The notes below the pieces were generated by a model. It did no database searches, was not told where the DNA came from, and saw only the letters and a program-made list of their open reading frames with translations. A stretch of DNA of 32,000 nucleotides from Desulfotalea psychrophila LSv54 (GTDB lineage Bacteria; Desulfobacterota; Desulfobulbia; Desulfobulbales; Desulfocapsaceae). The stretch lies in the NCBI RefSeq assembly GCF_000025945.1, contig NC_006138.1:660001-692000 (forward strand). The letters run 5' to 3'. The translations under genes and the position numbers were made by a program. Shown here piece after piece: positions 16,167 through 25,507 of the stretch (within the stretch, counting starts at the first letter, position 1; every line of letters starts with the position of its first letter).

Positions 16167-17324
16167 CTAGCTGTAGGAAAGCATTTCCAACATGATCTCT
16201 GCCGCACGGTCTGCGCCGGAGAGGCGCACCTCATGGCGGATGCCATCCTCCTCCTGCAGGGCGACAAGAAGCATAGTCTGTAACTCTTCAGCTGTAACCT
16301 CCTCCTCGGCAAAGACCTGAAAGCCATGGGCCACATTTTCCTGCAAGCTCTGCAGATGAATCTGCTGTTCCCGATCCCGCATGGCCCGCAGACAGACCAA
16401 GGCGGGAATACGCAGAGAGAGCAGGTCGACCAGACTATTATAGCCACCATAAATAACAGCTATGCGCGAGGCCGTCAGCGCCTGCAGATAGGCTCGGCCC
16501 GGTGGTTCGACCCTGCAGTGGTCAAGAGCGGCAAAGCCGGCATAGAGCCTTTTTGCCTCGGGAGAACCTTCCCCATCCATAAAGATCCGCCACGGGCCCC
16601 AGCCTCCGCCGACATTCTCCAGAGCAACAAGCAGGGCCTGAAGAAACTGCAGAGAGTGTTCACCCAGCCAGGGAATAGATATAACCCCGGCATAACTCTT
16701 CGCAACATCAGTCTGCTGCCCCTGCTCAAAAAAACGGCTTACATAACCACACTCCTGGGCCTCCTGCCCATAGGTATCCTTCAGGGTCTGCAGATGCCCT
16801 TCGCCTAAAACAGCCCGATCTCCATACCAGAGGAGAGATTTATAGTAGCGGGAGAAGATCCGGGCAGGGTAGTCGGACAGGGTCTGATTCACCCCTCCCA
16901 CAACCCCACGCACCCCCAACAGCCAATGCGCCGCCTGTCCCGCCTCTGACTCCAGGGCCGGCAGAAGTTCACGATGTTTGCCCTGAGGGGCATGATCTAC
17001 CAGTACAATTCGGGGGCGATAAACTTCCACCAGGCTCTGTAATTGTCTGGCCCGGAGAAGACCAAGAGCCTCATCGGTAAAACCACTCTCCCCCCTTATT
17101 CCCCGAGACTTTCCATCCACCACCATGGTCTTATAGGAGGGAAGCTTGCACCAATCCAGAGGAGCATCGGCAATCAACTCTCCACTCATGGCACAGCCAG
17201 AGACAAAGAGTACCTTAGCATCCGGTGCCAGGCGGCGTAGAGCGCTACCAATGGCAATACTCCGACTAGCATGGCCCAAACCTCGACCATCGTGGGCGTA
17301 AATTAAAATATCCAGTTGTGGCAT
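16167..17324 (-). CDS. GT-B fold glycosyltransferase (GT1/GT28, MurG-like)
   Basis: 385 aa. The N-terminal motif is IYAHDGRGLGHASRSIAIGSAL (GxGHxxR, typical of the MGT/MurG-like N-domain). The C-terminal half has the GGYNS nucleotide-sugar loop. Divergent from a second glycosyltransferase gene. Confidence 0.6.
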   Translation of the reverse strand: MPQLDILIYAHDGRGLGHASRSIAIGSALRRLAPDAKVLFVSGCAMSGELIADAPLDWCKLPSYKTMVVDGKSRGIRGESGFTDEALGLLRARQLQSLVEVYRPRIVLVDHAPQGKHRELLPALESEAGQAAHWLLGVRGVVGGVNQTLSDYPARIFSRYYKSLLWYGDRAVLGEGHLQTLKDTYGQEAQECGYVSRFFEQGQQTDVAKSYAGVISIPWLGEHSLQFLQALLVALENVGGGWGPWRIFMDGEGSPEAKRLYAGFAALDHCRVEPPGRAYLQALTASRIAVIYGGYNSLVDLLSLRIPALVCLRAMRDREQQIHLQSLQENVAHGFQVFAEEEVTAEELQTMLLVALQEEDGIRHEVRLSGADRAAEIMLEMLSYS

Positions 17325-17657
17325 AGGGGAAACCTTGAAAGATCAGTTTTTCTGCAAATATCTGCGTTATACAATTTCTAGCCCTGATATCGGAGTCTGC
17401 ACTTAGCTATCAGGGATGTCTGTAGTAAAGGAATTTCATCTGGCTCGGGGTCGGGACTACACCTTATTGAAAATTCAAATTTTCTCATCATTCCCGCAAA
17501 ATTATATCAATATCATAGACCGCTGAACTCAGACAGGGGGGGCATTTCTCGTTCTTTTAGCTCTTCCCCACCTAAAATTCTGGCATCCCCGGGGCCTAAG
17601 TTGTTACACTCTCCCTAGAACTGTAACCGATGATCCCATAATCAATACCACTATCCT

Positions 17658-18776
17658 ATGAAAATTATCTACTACATGCCCTTTAAGGCCCTGGATCATC
17701 CTACTCCGTCGGGAGATCTTATCATCGGCAGGGGAATTTTTGCCCATCTCTCAAAAGAGCATCAGCTAGAGGTGGCCAGCAGCCTACGGCTTCGCTGGCT
17801 ATATCGCAGGCCTGGACTATGCTGGGCATGCCTACTGGAAATATTACGTATCACTCGAAAATACCGAAAGGAGAGCCCCGATATCTGGCTGAGCTATCAT
17901 AGCTACTATAAGGCTCCCGACATTCTCGGCGCCCTCTGTAGCAGACGTTTAGGGATTCCCTATCTGCTCTTTCAGGGCATCTACTCTACCAAAAGGCGAA
18001 AAAAACTCTCCACCCTGCCCGGCTTTCTTCTCAACCGCTATGTCCTCAGACAGGCTAACCTTGTAATCACCAACAAGAGGCGAGATTACAAGAACCTGCG
18101 CCGTCTTCTCCCGGAGGATCGCCTCCTCTATATTGCCCCCGGTATCTATCCCGAGGCCTTTTACCCGGATGCCACCGCCAGAACTGCACTGCGCCAGAGC
18201 TGGGGGGTGCCAAGAGAGGGAAAGGTGATTATCAGCGCAGCCATGTTCCGCCCCGATGTAAAGAGCGAGGGAATAAAGAGGGTGATCGCCTCCATGATTA
18301 CCCTCAAAGCAGCTGGAAAAAAATTTCTTTTGGTCCTCATTGGTGACGGCCTCTGTCGTGAGGAGCTGGAGGCCTATGCCCGGCCACTGGAGGATCAGGT
18401 CATCTTTATGGGCAGGATCGAGCGAAACGAGATCTATCGTTACTTCTCAGCAGCCGACCTCTTTATCTTTCCCGGTATCCACGAGGCGTTGGGAATGGTC
18501 TACCTTGAAGCCCAATCCTGCGGTCTACCGGTTATTGCTTACGGTGACTGGGGTGCGGGGGAGGCGGTCATTGATGGTGAAACAGGCCTGCTCTCATCTG
18601 CTCAGGAACCGGAACAGATGACCAACAACATCACCTATCTTCTAGAGCATGACGATATTCGCAGGAAAATGGGAAAAAATGCTCAGGCGCATATCCGCTG
18701 CCATCATGACATTGAGAAAAACTATGCCATCCTCTCCGAGACCTTGGAGAAATATCGAAAAGCGAGTGCATCGTGA
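17658..18776 (+). CDS. Glycosyltransferase family 4 (Glycos_transf_1)
   Basis: 372 aa. The C-terminal E-x7-E region is FPGIHEALGMVYLEAQSCGLPVIAY..GAGEAVIDGETGLL. Confidence 0.82.
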   Translation: MKIIYYMPFKALDHPTPSGDLIIGRGIFAHLSKEHQLEVASSLRLRWLYRRPGLCWACLLEILRITRKYRKESPDIWLSYHSYYKAPDILGALCSRRLGIPYLLFQGIYSTKRRKKLSTLPGFLLNRYVLRQANLVITNKRRDYKNLRRLLPEDRLLYIAPGIYPEAFYPDATARTALRQSWGVPREGKVIISAAMFRPDVKSEGIKRVIASMITLKAAGKKFLLVLIGDGLCREELEAYARPLEDQVIFMGRIERNEIYRYFSAADLFIFPGIHEALGMVYLEAQSCGLPVIAYGDWGAGEAVIDGETGLLSSAQEPEQMTNNITYLLEHDDIRRKMGKNAQAHIRCHHDIEKNYAILSETLEKYRKASAS

Positions 18777-18902
18777 CCCTTAACTATTCGCTACATTTTC
18801 AAACATAGCCTCGCCCGAAAATTTAAACACCTATTGCCTTCTCTTTCCATTTTTAGAGCTTCCTATGCTGAGTAAATAGGAGTGAGGAATATGAGAAAAA
18901 CA

Positions 18903-19050
18903 TTCACCACTGGCAGCCGAGAACACAGAGTAAATCCGAGATAAAAAGAGTTGCTTCGTAGAGACTACTACAGTTTCTTGTCTCTCTCTGGTTAACTGTT
19001 TTTCGCTTTTCGCCACTTCGCTGCTACTGATAGCTGATAGCTTATGGCTG
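18903..19050. repeat. Second copy of the inverted-repeat element plus low-complexity modules
   Basis: ttcaccactggcagccgagaacacagag (18903-18930) pairs with the inverted arm ctctctctggttaac (18982-18996). It is followed by ..cgccacttcgctgctactgatagctgatagcttatggctg (to 19050). These modules are related to those at 5740-5815 (opposite strand) and 10871-10899. Confidence 0.6.
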
Positions 19051-19069
19051 TAGTTCTCTCGCCGTTCCG

Positions 19070-19972
19070 CTAGACCTTCACATGCCAAGGTTCATAGCGT
19101 ACGCCAAGGACATTATCTTTACCATAACGATAATTCACATAACCACGCTTAATCAGCTCCCTGTAGACATAACTTTCGATAAACTTTTCAGTGAAATTAT
19201 CAGATCCATAACCACGCTGACCAACATCAAAATCACCCGTTGCATGAAATGAGTAACCCGGAGGGGCAAGAGAACGGGAGGCAAGAGAAAAATTGCCACC
19301 AAAGAGATATGCCTTGTGCAGAAAGAGGTAGAACTGTTTGGCCAGATTACGTACTCCGGAGGTTAGAATTAGCTCTTTGCCAATATCCTCTTTAACCCTT
19401 CTGTACTTGGCAAGAGCTGCCCCCTTAAAGAGAAAATTACCATTGCCTGGAAGCCTATAAAGGAGACTGCGTGTTATCTTGCCATCTAAATGGCTCATCG
19501 GCTTTTCCCCTAAAAAACCATACTCTTTGGCATCACGAAAGAAGATCTCTTCAAGAAAATTTTTTTCTATGGAGGAAAAGGCACCGATCTCAGGTCTATA
19601 TTTAGCAAAACGATAACTCTCATCGAGACCAAGCAGACAAAAATTTCCGTGACCAACATAGTTCTGTATTTTATAAAGACGACCAATGATACTGGCAAGT
19701 AGGGGATAGCGTTTAGGGCTGAGAATAATATCTCCCGGGTAGGCAAGATCAGGATTTTTAAATTTTATAAGATGATCCTTGGCATCTCTATCATCTGTCC
19801 ACAACCTTTCAAACTCTTTTTCGGCAACGGATTTCTCAGATAAAACGGAGCAAGAGGTTAGGTAAGATTTTTTGGGATGTTCCACCCTGATACAGGGCAC
19901 ACTTGCCATTAAATCTATGGGATCTACAACGAGAGCTAGTGCAAGATATTTTAAACATTCCCTTCTGTTCAC
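19070..19972 (-). CDS. M15 family metallopeptidase (VanY-like D-Ala-D-Ala carboxypeptidase)
   Basis: 300 aa. Motifs are SGVRN, PPGYSFHATGDFDV (His/Asp zinc ligands) and a C-terminal YEPWHV. The N-terminus is Tat-like (MNRRECLKYLALA). The start is GTG at 19972 and is uncertain. Confidence 0.7.
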   Translation of the reverse strand: MNRRECLKYLALALVVDPIDLMASVPCIRVEHPKKSYLTSCSVLSEKSVAEKEFERLWTDDRDAKDHLIKFKNPDLAYPGDIILSPKRYPLLASIIGRLYKIQNYVGHGNFCLLGLDESYRFAKYRPEIGAFSSIEKNFLEEIFFRDAKEYGFLGEKPMSHLDGKITRSLLYRLPGNGNFLFKGAALAKYRRVKEDIGKELILTSGVRNLAKQFYLFLHKAYLFGGNFSLASRSLAPPGYSFHATGDFDVGQRGYGSDNFTEKFIESYVYRELIKRGYVNYRYGKDNVLGVRYEPWHVKV

Positions 19973-20163
19973 GAGCTACCCTATTTTCATTTATTTATAA
20001 GTTTAATTTTACAACTTTTTCACATAAGATTTCAGCTGGCAATAAAATTTTACTCGCGAAAACTATTGTGATACGTTTAATTGTAGGCCAATCAGCTATT
20101 TTTACGCTACTATGATAAATAGTGGCACTGTTACACTACAATAGATAAGAAGTATTATAGAGT

Positions 20164-20700
20164 ATGTCATTTATGCCCAAGATCTCTTTGCGTTTTTTGT
20201 TACGAATGCGGCCAATACTCCGTTGGCTGACAAAACTACGTAGTTCACCGCGAGCTATTGCCGGTGGTTTTGCCCTGGGCACATTCATTGCCTTTACCCC
20301 GACCCTGGGGGTGCAAATTATTCTCGCTATATTTTTTGCCACTCTCTTTAACTGTAATCGTGCAGCTGCAATTATTCCTGTCTGGTTAACCAATCCCGTG
20401 ACTGTTGCCCCCATCTTCAGCTTTAATTACTATATTGGCCAACACATCTGGGGAGGCCCTCCAGTCTCTGAAGTATATGAACTCTTCTTGGGTATCGGTA
20501 GCACAATGGCGCAGTTGGATTTTTGGGGTTCAACCTTGCTTCTGCAAGAGGTTATTCAGTTGGGACCGCATCTTGTTATTCCCCTCTGCCTCGGCAGTTT
20601 CATTGTCGGATCTATCCTGACCATACTTGTTTATATTCCCATGCTCCGCATACTAACCTTTTTGGCTAGAAGAAAACGGGAAAAGAAGATCTTGTACTAG
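20164..20700 (+). CDS. DUF2062 domain-containing membrane protein
   Basis: 178 aa. SPRAIAGGFALGTFIAFTPTLGVQIILAIFFATLF..NRAAAIIPVWLTNPVT matches the DUF2062 core as I recall it. Confidence 0.75.
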   Translation: MSFMPKISLRFLLRMRPILRWLTKLRSSPRAIAGGFALGTFIAFTPTLGVQIILAIFFATLFNCNRAAAIIPVWLTNPVTVAPIFSFNYYIGQHIWGGPPVSEVYELFLGIGSTMAQLDFWGSTLLLQEVIQLGPHLVIPLCLGSFIVGSILTILVYIPMLRILTFLARRKREKKILY

Positions 20701-20770
20701 TTCGCCGCTAAAGAGTTGTTCTATTGGCTCAATCTTAACTGTAAGATTGAGCCGTAGAACAAAGGTCCTT

Positions 20771-22582
20771 TTAAGTGTCCTGCCTTCCCCTTAGTACCTT
20801 CATTTCACACTTTTTACAGTCAAAAATCAGAGTATACGCTTCCGTCTTATCATTGATAAAAAGAGGCTCTGCACTCTTTTCGCCCTGCCCTGAACAGAGG
20901 CCATACTGATTACGAACACAATATTTACAGTGCATAAGAGTGGTTATCTCTGTTCCTGTCTGAGAAAAAGAGTGGACACCATGTCGTTGATAAAAGGCCC
21001 GGGCCTTTTTATTGGTTATATTATCGTAGACTGTTACCTTATCGGTCAGCCAGGGGATATTATTAGGGACAAGGGGCAAGTCCTCTCGTTTATAGGAAAG
21101 GAGGCGTTGTTTAATATGAGTCTCAAAGGCTTGACGTCTTAGACCATTAAAGACCGCGGCTGTAACAAAGAGATTAGAAGCCAACTCAACCTCGAGTTGA
21201 TTTACTTTGAAAATTGTTTCGCCCACTTTTAAGAGCTGACGTCTTGCCGTTTGTTCGCCAATACCCTCTTTTTGAGCGCGTAAGCGCTCGATTTTTTGTC
21301 GGGTCTCAGATTTCACCCCATCCTCATCGCAAATGCTTAAGCAAAGTTCCTCTCCCAGATCAACCAGCTTCAGTTGAACTCCAATCCGCCGACAGATACC
21401 ACTCTGATCAAGGCCCTTATTAAAGAGCGGGTCAAGGTTACGATAGAGTTCCATCCCCACCTTAAGAGGGACAGCTCTGGCCAGATGCACGGTATTTCCT
21501 TCCACCCGATTCACCTGAAAGCCAAGCAGATCACCGCCTACTTTAAGGCAACAGCAGCCATCACCATTATGAAGAAGTTCCCCTCTCTCTACCTGAAAGG
21601 TTCTTTTACCAACCCCTGTTATCCTGCCGATAAACTGTCCCACCGACTTAGGCGTTTTTGTCGCCCCGGTCTTAGCTCTCTGCCCGCGCAGATAGTATTC
21701 GCCATGGCCCCGATTAAAAGAACGTTCCGGATCGGCTTGAAATGAGAATGAACAGCTTCCCGAAGAGGCAGGAACAAACTCAGGACGCCGGGCACATATC
21801 TCGTCGATCTGCTGTCGATAATGGGCGGTAACATTTTTCACATACTGCTCCCCCTTAAGCCGGCCTTCAATCTTCAGAGAGCTCACCCCCGCATCAAGCA
21901 GGTCTTCAACGCTGGAGGAGAGGTTGAGATCCTTTAAGGAGAGAACATATTCATCGGCCAGCAACTTGCCCCGACCATCTTTAAGCTGATATCTATGACG
22001 ACAAAACTGGGCGCATTCACCACGATTACCGCTGCGACCGCAGATCACCTCGCTGATATAACACTGACCACTGTAGGAAACACAGAGGGCGCCGTGAATA
22101 AAACACTCCAGAGCAACATCGGTTTTTCGATGAATATCACGAATCGCCGTGAGAGAGAGCTCCCGAGCCAGGACAACCTGTTCAAATCCCACCCCTTGCA
22201 GAAAATCAACCTTTTCCGGGCTTCGATTATTACACTGGGTAGAGGCATGGAGGGCAATGGGAGGCAGGTCACATTCAAGCAGGCCCATATCCTGGATAAT
22301 AAGTGCATCCACCCCCAGATCATAAAGCTGATAAATCTGCGCCACTGCGACATCCAGCTCATCATCAGCCAAGAGGGTATTGAGAGCAACATAGACCCGG
22401 GCAAAATAGCGATGGGCGTAGCGGACAAGCTGTTCAATATCGGCCAGGCTGTTACCGGCAGCCGACCTGGCGCCAAAGCTTGGCCCCCCAATATAAACAG
22501 CATCTGCACCATGATCTATTGCACTCTTTCCACACTGCAGGTCACGGGCGGGGGACAACAGCTCTATCTTTCTTCTAGTCAA
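20771..22582 (-). CDS. U32 family peptidase-like protein (family that includes RlhA/TrhP/UbiU-V hydroxylation factors)
   Basis: 603 aa. The N-terminus ELLSPARDLQCGKSAIDHGADAVYIGGPSFGARS..VYVALNTLL is the canonical U32 TIM-barrel start. Cys-rich blocks are CVSYSGQCY and CGRSGNRGECAQFC. TTG start with a GAGG RBS, 16 nt after the LUD gene. Confidence 0.82.
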   Translation of the reverse strand: MTRRKIELLSPARDLQCGKSAIDHGADAVYIGGPSFGARSAAGNSLADIEQLVRYAHRYFARVYVALNTLLADDELDVAVAQIYQLYDLGVDALIIQDMGLLECDLPPIALHASTQCNNRSPEKVDFLQGVGFEQVVLARELSLTAIRDIHRKTDVALECFIHGALCVSYSGQCYISEVICGRSGNRGECAQFCRHRYQLKDGRGKLLADEYVLSLKDLNLSSSVEDLLDAGVSSLKIEGRLKGEQYVKNVTAHYRQQIDEICARRPEFVPASSGSCSFSFQADPERSFNRGHGEYYLRGQRAKTGATKTPKSVGQFIGRITGVGKRTFQVERGELLHNGDGCCCLKVGGDLLGFQVNRVEGNTVHLARAVPLKVGMELYRNLDPLFNKGLDQSGICRRIGVQLKLVDLGEELCLSICDEDGVKSETRQKIERLRAQKEGIGEQTARRQLLKVGETIFKVNQLEVELASNLFVTAAVFNGLRRQAFETHIKQRLLSYKREDLPLVPNNIPWLTDKVTVYDNITNKKARAFYQRHGVHSFSQTGTEITTLMHCKYCVRNQYGLCSGQGEKSAEPLFINDKTEAYTLIFDCKKCEMKVLRGRQDT

Positions 22583-22598
22583 AAATATACCTCGGGTT

Positions 22599-23252
22599 CT
22601 AAAAACCTAAATCTTCATTTACCAGAACAACAATGATCCGTTTTTTAGGGAATGATTTTTCATTGATAGCCCATGTATTACAAATGCGCTGAGAACTTTG
22701 ACAATCTGCACACTCAGCCGTTGTTGCACAGGGTGTTTTCATGGAGAGACGCATGGCATTGATCGGGGCGACATACTCTTTAATGCGCTCCATGGCAGAT
22801 TCAAGATCTTCGACAATCTTATTACGACCCACCACCACAACCACATACTTAGGGCCAAAGGAGAGGGCCGCAACCCGATTACCGATCATATCAAGATTTA
22901 CCAGAGTTCCATCGGCCACCAGGGCATTGGTTCCGGTAAAAAAGATATCCACCAACAGAGACTTACGACGCACCTCTATTTTATCCTCCGCTGACTGCGC
23001 CGACAGATCGGAACGAAAAACACGAAGCTCCGTCGACTCACAGAGGGCATCATAGATACCTGTCTCTTTCAGGGTCATCGATCCGCCAAAACCCACAGTT
23101 TTTACGGCAAGCGGAGGCATAATTTCATTCATGACCAAATGTTTAGCATCAGCTACAGAGGCAGCAACATAGGCATCAAAGTTATTTCTGGCAAGATTTT
23201 CCTGCACAGCACGCAGACGAATAGTCCAATATTTATCAACGGAATTTTCCAT
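22599..23252 (-). CDS. LUD domain protein (lactate-utilisation LutC/YkgG-like, DUF1121-type)
   Basis: 217 aa with the typical layout. A C-terminal Cys cluster is CATTAECADCQSSQRIC. AAGGAG RBS upstream. Co-oriented and adjacent to the U32 gene. Confidence 0.65.
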   Translation of the reverse strand: MENSVDKYWTIRLRAVQENLARNNFDAYVAASVADAKHLVMNEIMPPLAVKTVGFGGSMTLKETGIYDALCESTELRVFRSDLSAQSAEDKIEVRRKSLLVDIFFTGTNALVADGTLVNLDMIGNRVAALSFGPKYVVVVVGRNKIVEDLESAMERIKEYVAPINAMRLSMKTPCATTAECADCQSSQRICNTWAINEKSFPKKRIIVVLVNEDLGF

Positions 23253-23274
23253 ATGTTTCTCCTTAAAAGAGGAC

Positions 23275-23802
23275 TTAAATATTCAATAAAAATTTCTTCC
23301 GATTATGAAAATCGGGTGGTCCTTCCCCGTGTTCCAATGCCCAATAGCTACAGAGACCCTCTCTGTCCTGAAGAACAGCACAGGCAGCAATTTGCAGAGG
23401 ATAATTGGGGAAAAGGATCTTGTCGAGGCAAAGATTACAGTGCAGGGTAAAAGAGTCTTCCGTCTGGTAGGTGGTAACAGAAACCTGCTCAATGCCAACT
23501 TCCTCCTGCATACCCCGGCGACACTCAGAAAAAGAGTAGATATTCCATTCCCCCATGGGAGAAACGTTCAGCTCCCAATAGGCAGGACTTTCCGGGCGAG
23601 CAATAAACACCTCAAAGCAGGTCTTGCGCCAAAGATCATGGCAGCGCCCCTGCTGTCCACCCTTGCCCATCTTTATCTGAGCGAGATCTCCCCGGAGCTG
23701 AAACCAAATAGAGATCGAATTTTGTTGTCTATAGATAGCCCCCCCGAGCTGGATACCTGCCAGGGGGCTTGTGGCATGGGGTCTTAAAGAAAAAATTTTC
23801 AT
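23275..23802 (-). CDS. Hypothetical protein, possibly DOMON/CBM9-like
   Basis: 175 aa. CFEVFIARPESPAYWELNVSPMGEWNIY resembles DOMON-like/CBM9-like family members from memory. Assignment is weak. Confidence 0.45.
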   Translation of the reverse strand: MKIFSLRPHATSPLAGIQLGGAIYRQQNSISIWFQLRGDLAQIKMGKGGQQGRCHDLWRKTCFEVFIARPESPAYWELNVSPMGEWNIYSFSECRRGMQEEVGIEQVSVTTYQTEDSFTLHCNLCLDKILFPNYPLQIAACAVLQDREGLCSYWALEHGEGPPDFHNRKKFLLNI

Positions 23803-23877
23803 AATTGTTTGATCGTCTGGTAAAAAAATCCGTATGGAGTCTCTCTATACGGACCTTATATTTTTATGGCGACAGCC

Positions 23878-24102
23878 TCACTCTTTTACGACTGACTCTT
23901 CTGCCACCCCTTTCTTCGCCAAGGCATTGCCAACCTCCTTCGCCCGGAGAATATGGTACTGACCCGCCTCCCCGGTAATTAGACCGGGAGTATCGGGTTT
24001 ATTGTTGGTGTCCTGATAGCTATATTCCCTGCCCCCACATGCCTGCAAAAGAGAGAGGAGAAGGAGGAGACAGAAGAAATTGATACCATATGAGCCTTTC
24101 AT
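23878..24102 (-). CDS. Small lipoprotein, translationally coupled to the porin gene
   Basis: 74 aa with lipobox LLSLLQACGG. Its ATG overlaps the porin stop as TAATG (24100-24104, - strand). Confidence 0.55.
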   Translation of the reverse strand: MKGSYGINFFCLLLLLSLLQACGGREYSYQDTNNKPDTPGLITGEAGQYHILRAKEVGNALAKKGVAEESVVKE

Positions 24103-25412
24103 TAAAATTGTAACCTCGCTCCACTCATAACAACATTGACGTTCTCATAGTCCGTGCTATCGGTCTCATACATATACTGCCTAAAGCCTATATAAAATTC
24201 CGTGCCCCAGTCGTTCACATTCTGCACCGCCGCAACTGACCAGGTCTTGGCCTTGCCACCCCTGAGGGGTTTACCGGCATTGTCATCAACATAAACATCA
24301 TCATTTTGACTATAATCTACAGAGAGGGCAGTCTTGCCACAGGAAAAGAAATCCTTCTGGTAGCCAAGTTTGCCATAGATAAAGGTGGCATCATCATAGC
24401 CGGTATGGATAGACTTCTGCCGTCCTGCTGCCAGGGTAGTATTGAGGCCATTACTGAGAAGAACAGAGACCGAACCGTTGACGATTTTACCATCACTGCC
24501 GGGGGCCTGATAGGCCAGGGCCGCTGCCACCTTGGCTATCTCATAGTCACGGTTATAACGCAGGGTCAGATCATAGAAGTCATCGGCGGCAGCGGAAGTC
24601 GAGGCCATAAAACCGGCAAAAGCTGGGGTATCATAGCGGACGCGATTCTTACGACCACTGTCCATATCGGTAAAGACACTTCCTACACTTAAGGTGTCCT
24701 TCTTAATGAGATCCTTCACCCCATTATACCAGAGCTGGCCTGCTGCAATATCTGAGACAGAGGAATAGGCAATAAGGGAGGTGCCGGAGAGATCCACCTC
24801 TGAGGAGAGGTATGCGGCCATAGCACCCTTACCAATAGAGAACTTACCTAGGCGCTTATTATTAAAGAAAATATCGGCATGGCGCAGGAGGATCTCGTCA
24901 AAGCCCGATGTTTCAAACTGATTTACCTTGGATGATGGGCTGGAAATGAGGCCATACTCAAGCTTACCGCCCACGCTAAAATCATCGCTTACGGCAACAC
25001 CAATATTGAGACCAATTCTAGACATGGAGTTGATATTATCAACAAAATAGCTCTTACTGGAGTTACCATTATCGGCAAAGAGGTAGGCCTTATTCAGCCA
25101 ACCATAAACAGAGAGGTCGACATTAGCAAAACGAGTTTTTAAGGCTAAAGAATCCTCTGTCTCGGTGACGAGGGCCTTTATCTGGGTCTTATCAGCCTTT
25201 TTATCCACGGCCAGAGCAACTCCACCCATTCGCTTTTTCAAGTTTTCTATCTCTTGGGCCTGGACACTCAGCTGTTTTTGCTGCTGCTCAACGAGTTTTT
25301 TAAGTTCCAGAAACAGCTTGTCATCAACCTGAGCAGCCATGGCCGTTGAGGCCACCGACAAAATAAGCATGGAACCAATTGTCACCGCCATTCTTCCCAT
25401 TGTTTTTTTCAA
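24102..25412 (-). CDS. Outer-membrane porin (beta-barrel) with N-terminal coiled-coil segment
   Basis: 436 aa. Signal peptide ..SVASTAMAAQ, then a coiled coil (QQQKQLSVQAQEIENLKKRM). The rest has alternating beta-strand-like, Gly/Tyr/Asp-rich sequence and ends in a C-terminal Phe (..GARLQF). AGGAGG RBS upstream. The start is either TTG 25412 or ATG 25400. Confidence 0.7.
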   Translation of the reverse strand: MKKTMGRMAVTIGSMLILSVASTAMAAQVDDKLFLELKKLVEQQQKQLSVQAQEIENLKKRMGGVALAVDKKADKTQIKALVTETEDSLALKTRFANVDLSVYGWLNKAYLFADNGNSSKSYFVDNINSMSRIGLNIGVAVSDDFSVGGKLEYGLISSPSSKVNQFETSGFDEILLRHADIFFNNKRLGKFSIGKGAMAAYLSSEVDLSGTSLIAYSSVSDIAAGQLWYNGVKDLIKKDTLSVGSVFTDMDSGRKNRVRYDTPAFAGFMASTSAAADDFYDLTLRYNRDYEIAKVAAALAYQAPGSDGKIVNGSVSVLLSNGLNTTLAAGRQKSIHTGYDDATFIYGKLGYQKDFFSCGKTALSVDYSQNDDVYVDDNAGKPLRGGKAKTWSVAAVQNVNDWGTEFYIGFRQYMYETDSTDYENVNVVMSGARLQF

Positions 25413-25507
25413 GCCTTCCTCCTGCTAAATAAGTATCTTAAGAGCTCTATCCTCCCATAAGTGAATCACAGAAAATAAGCCTTTGCAAGATTACCCTCGC
25501 AGCCCCG

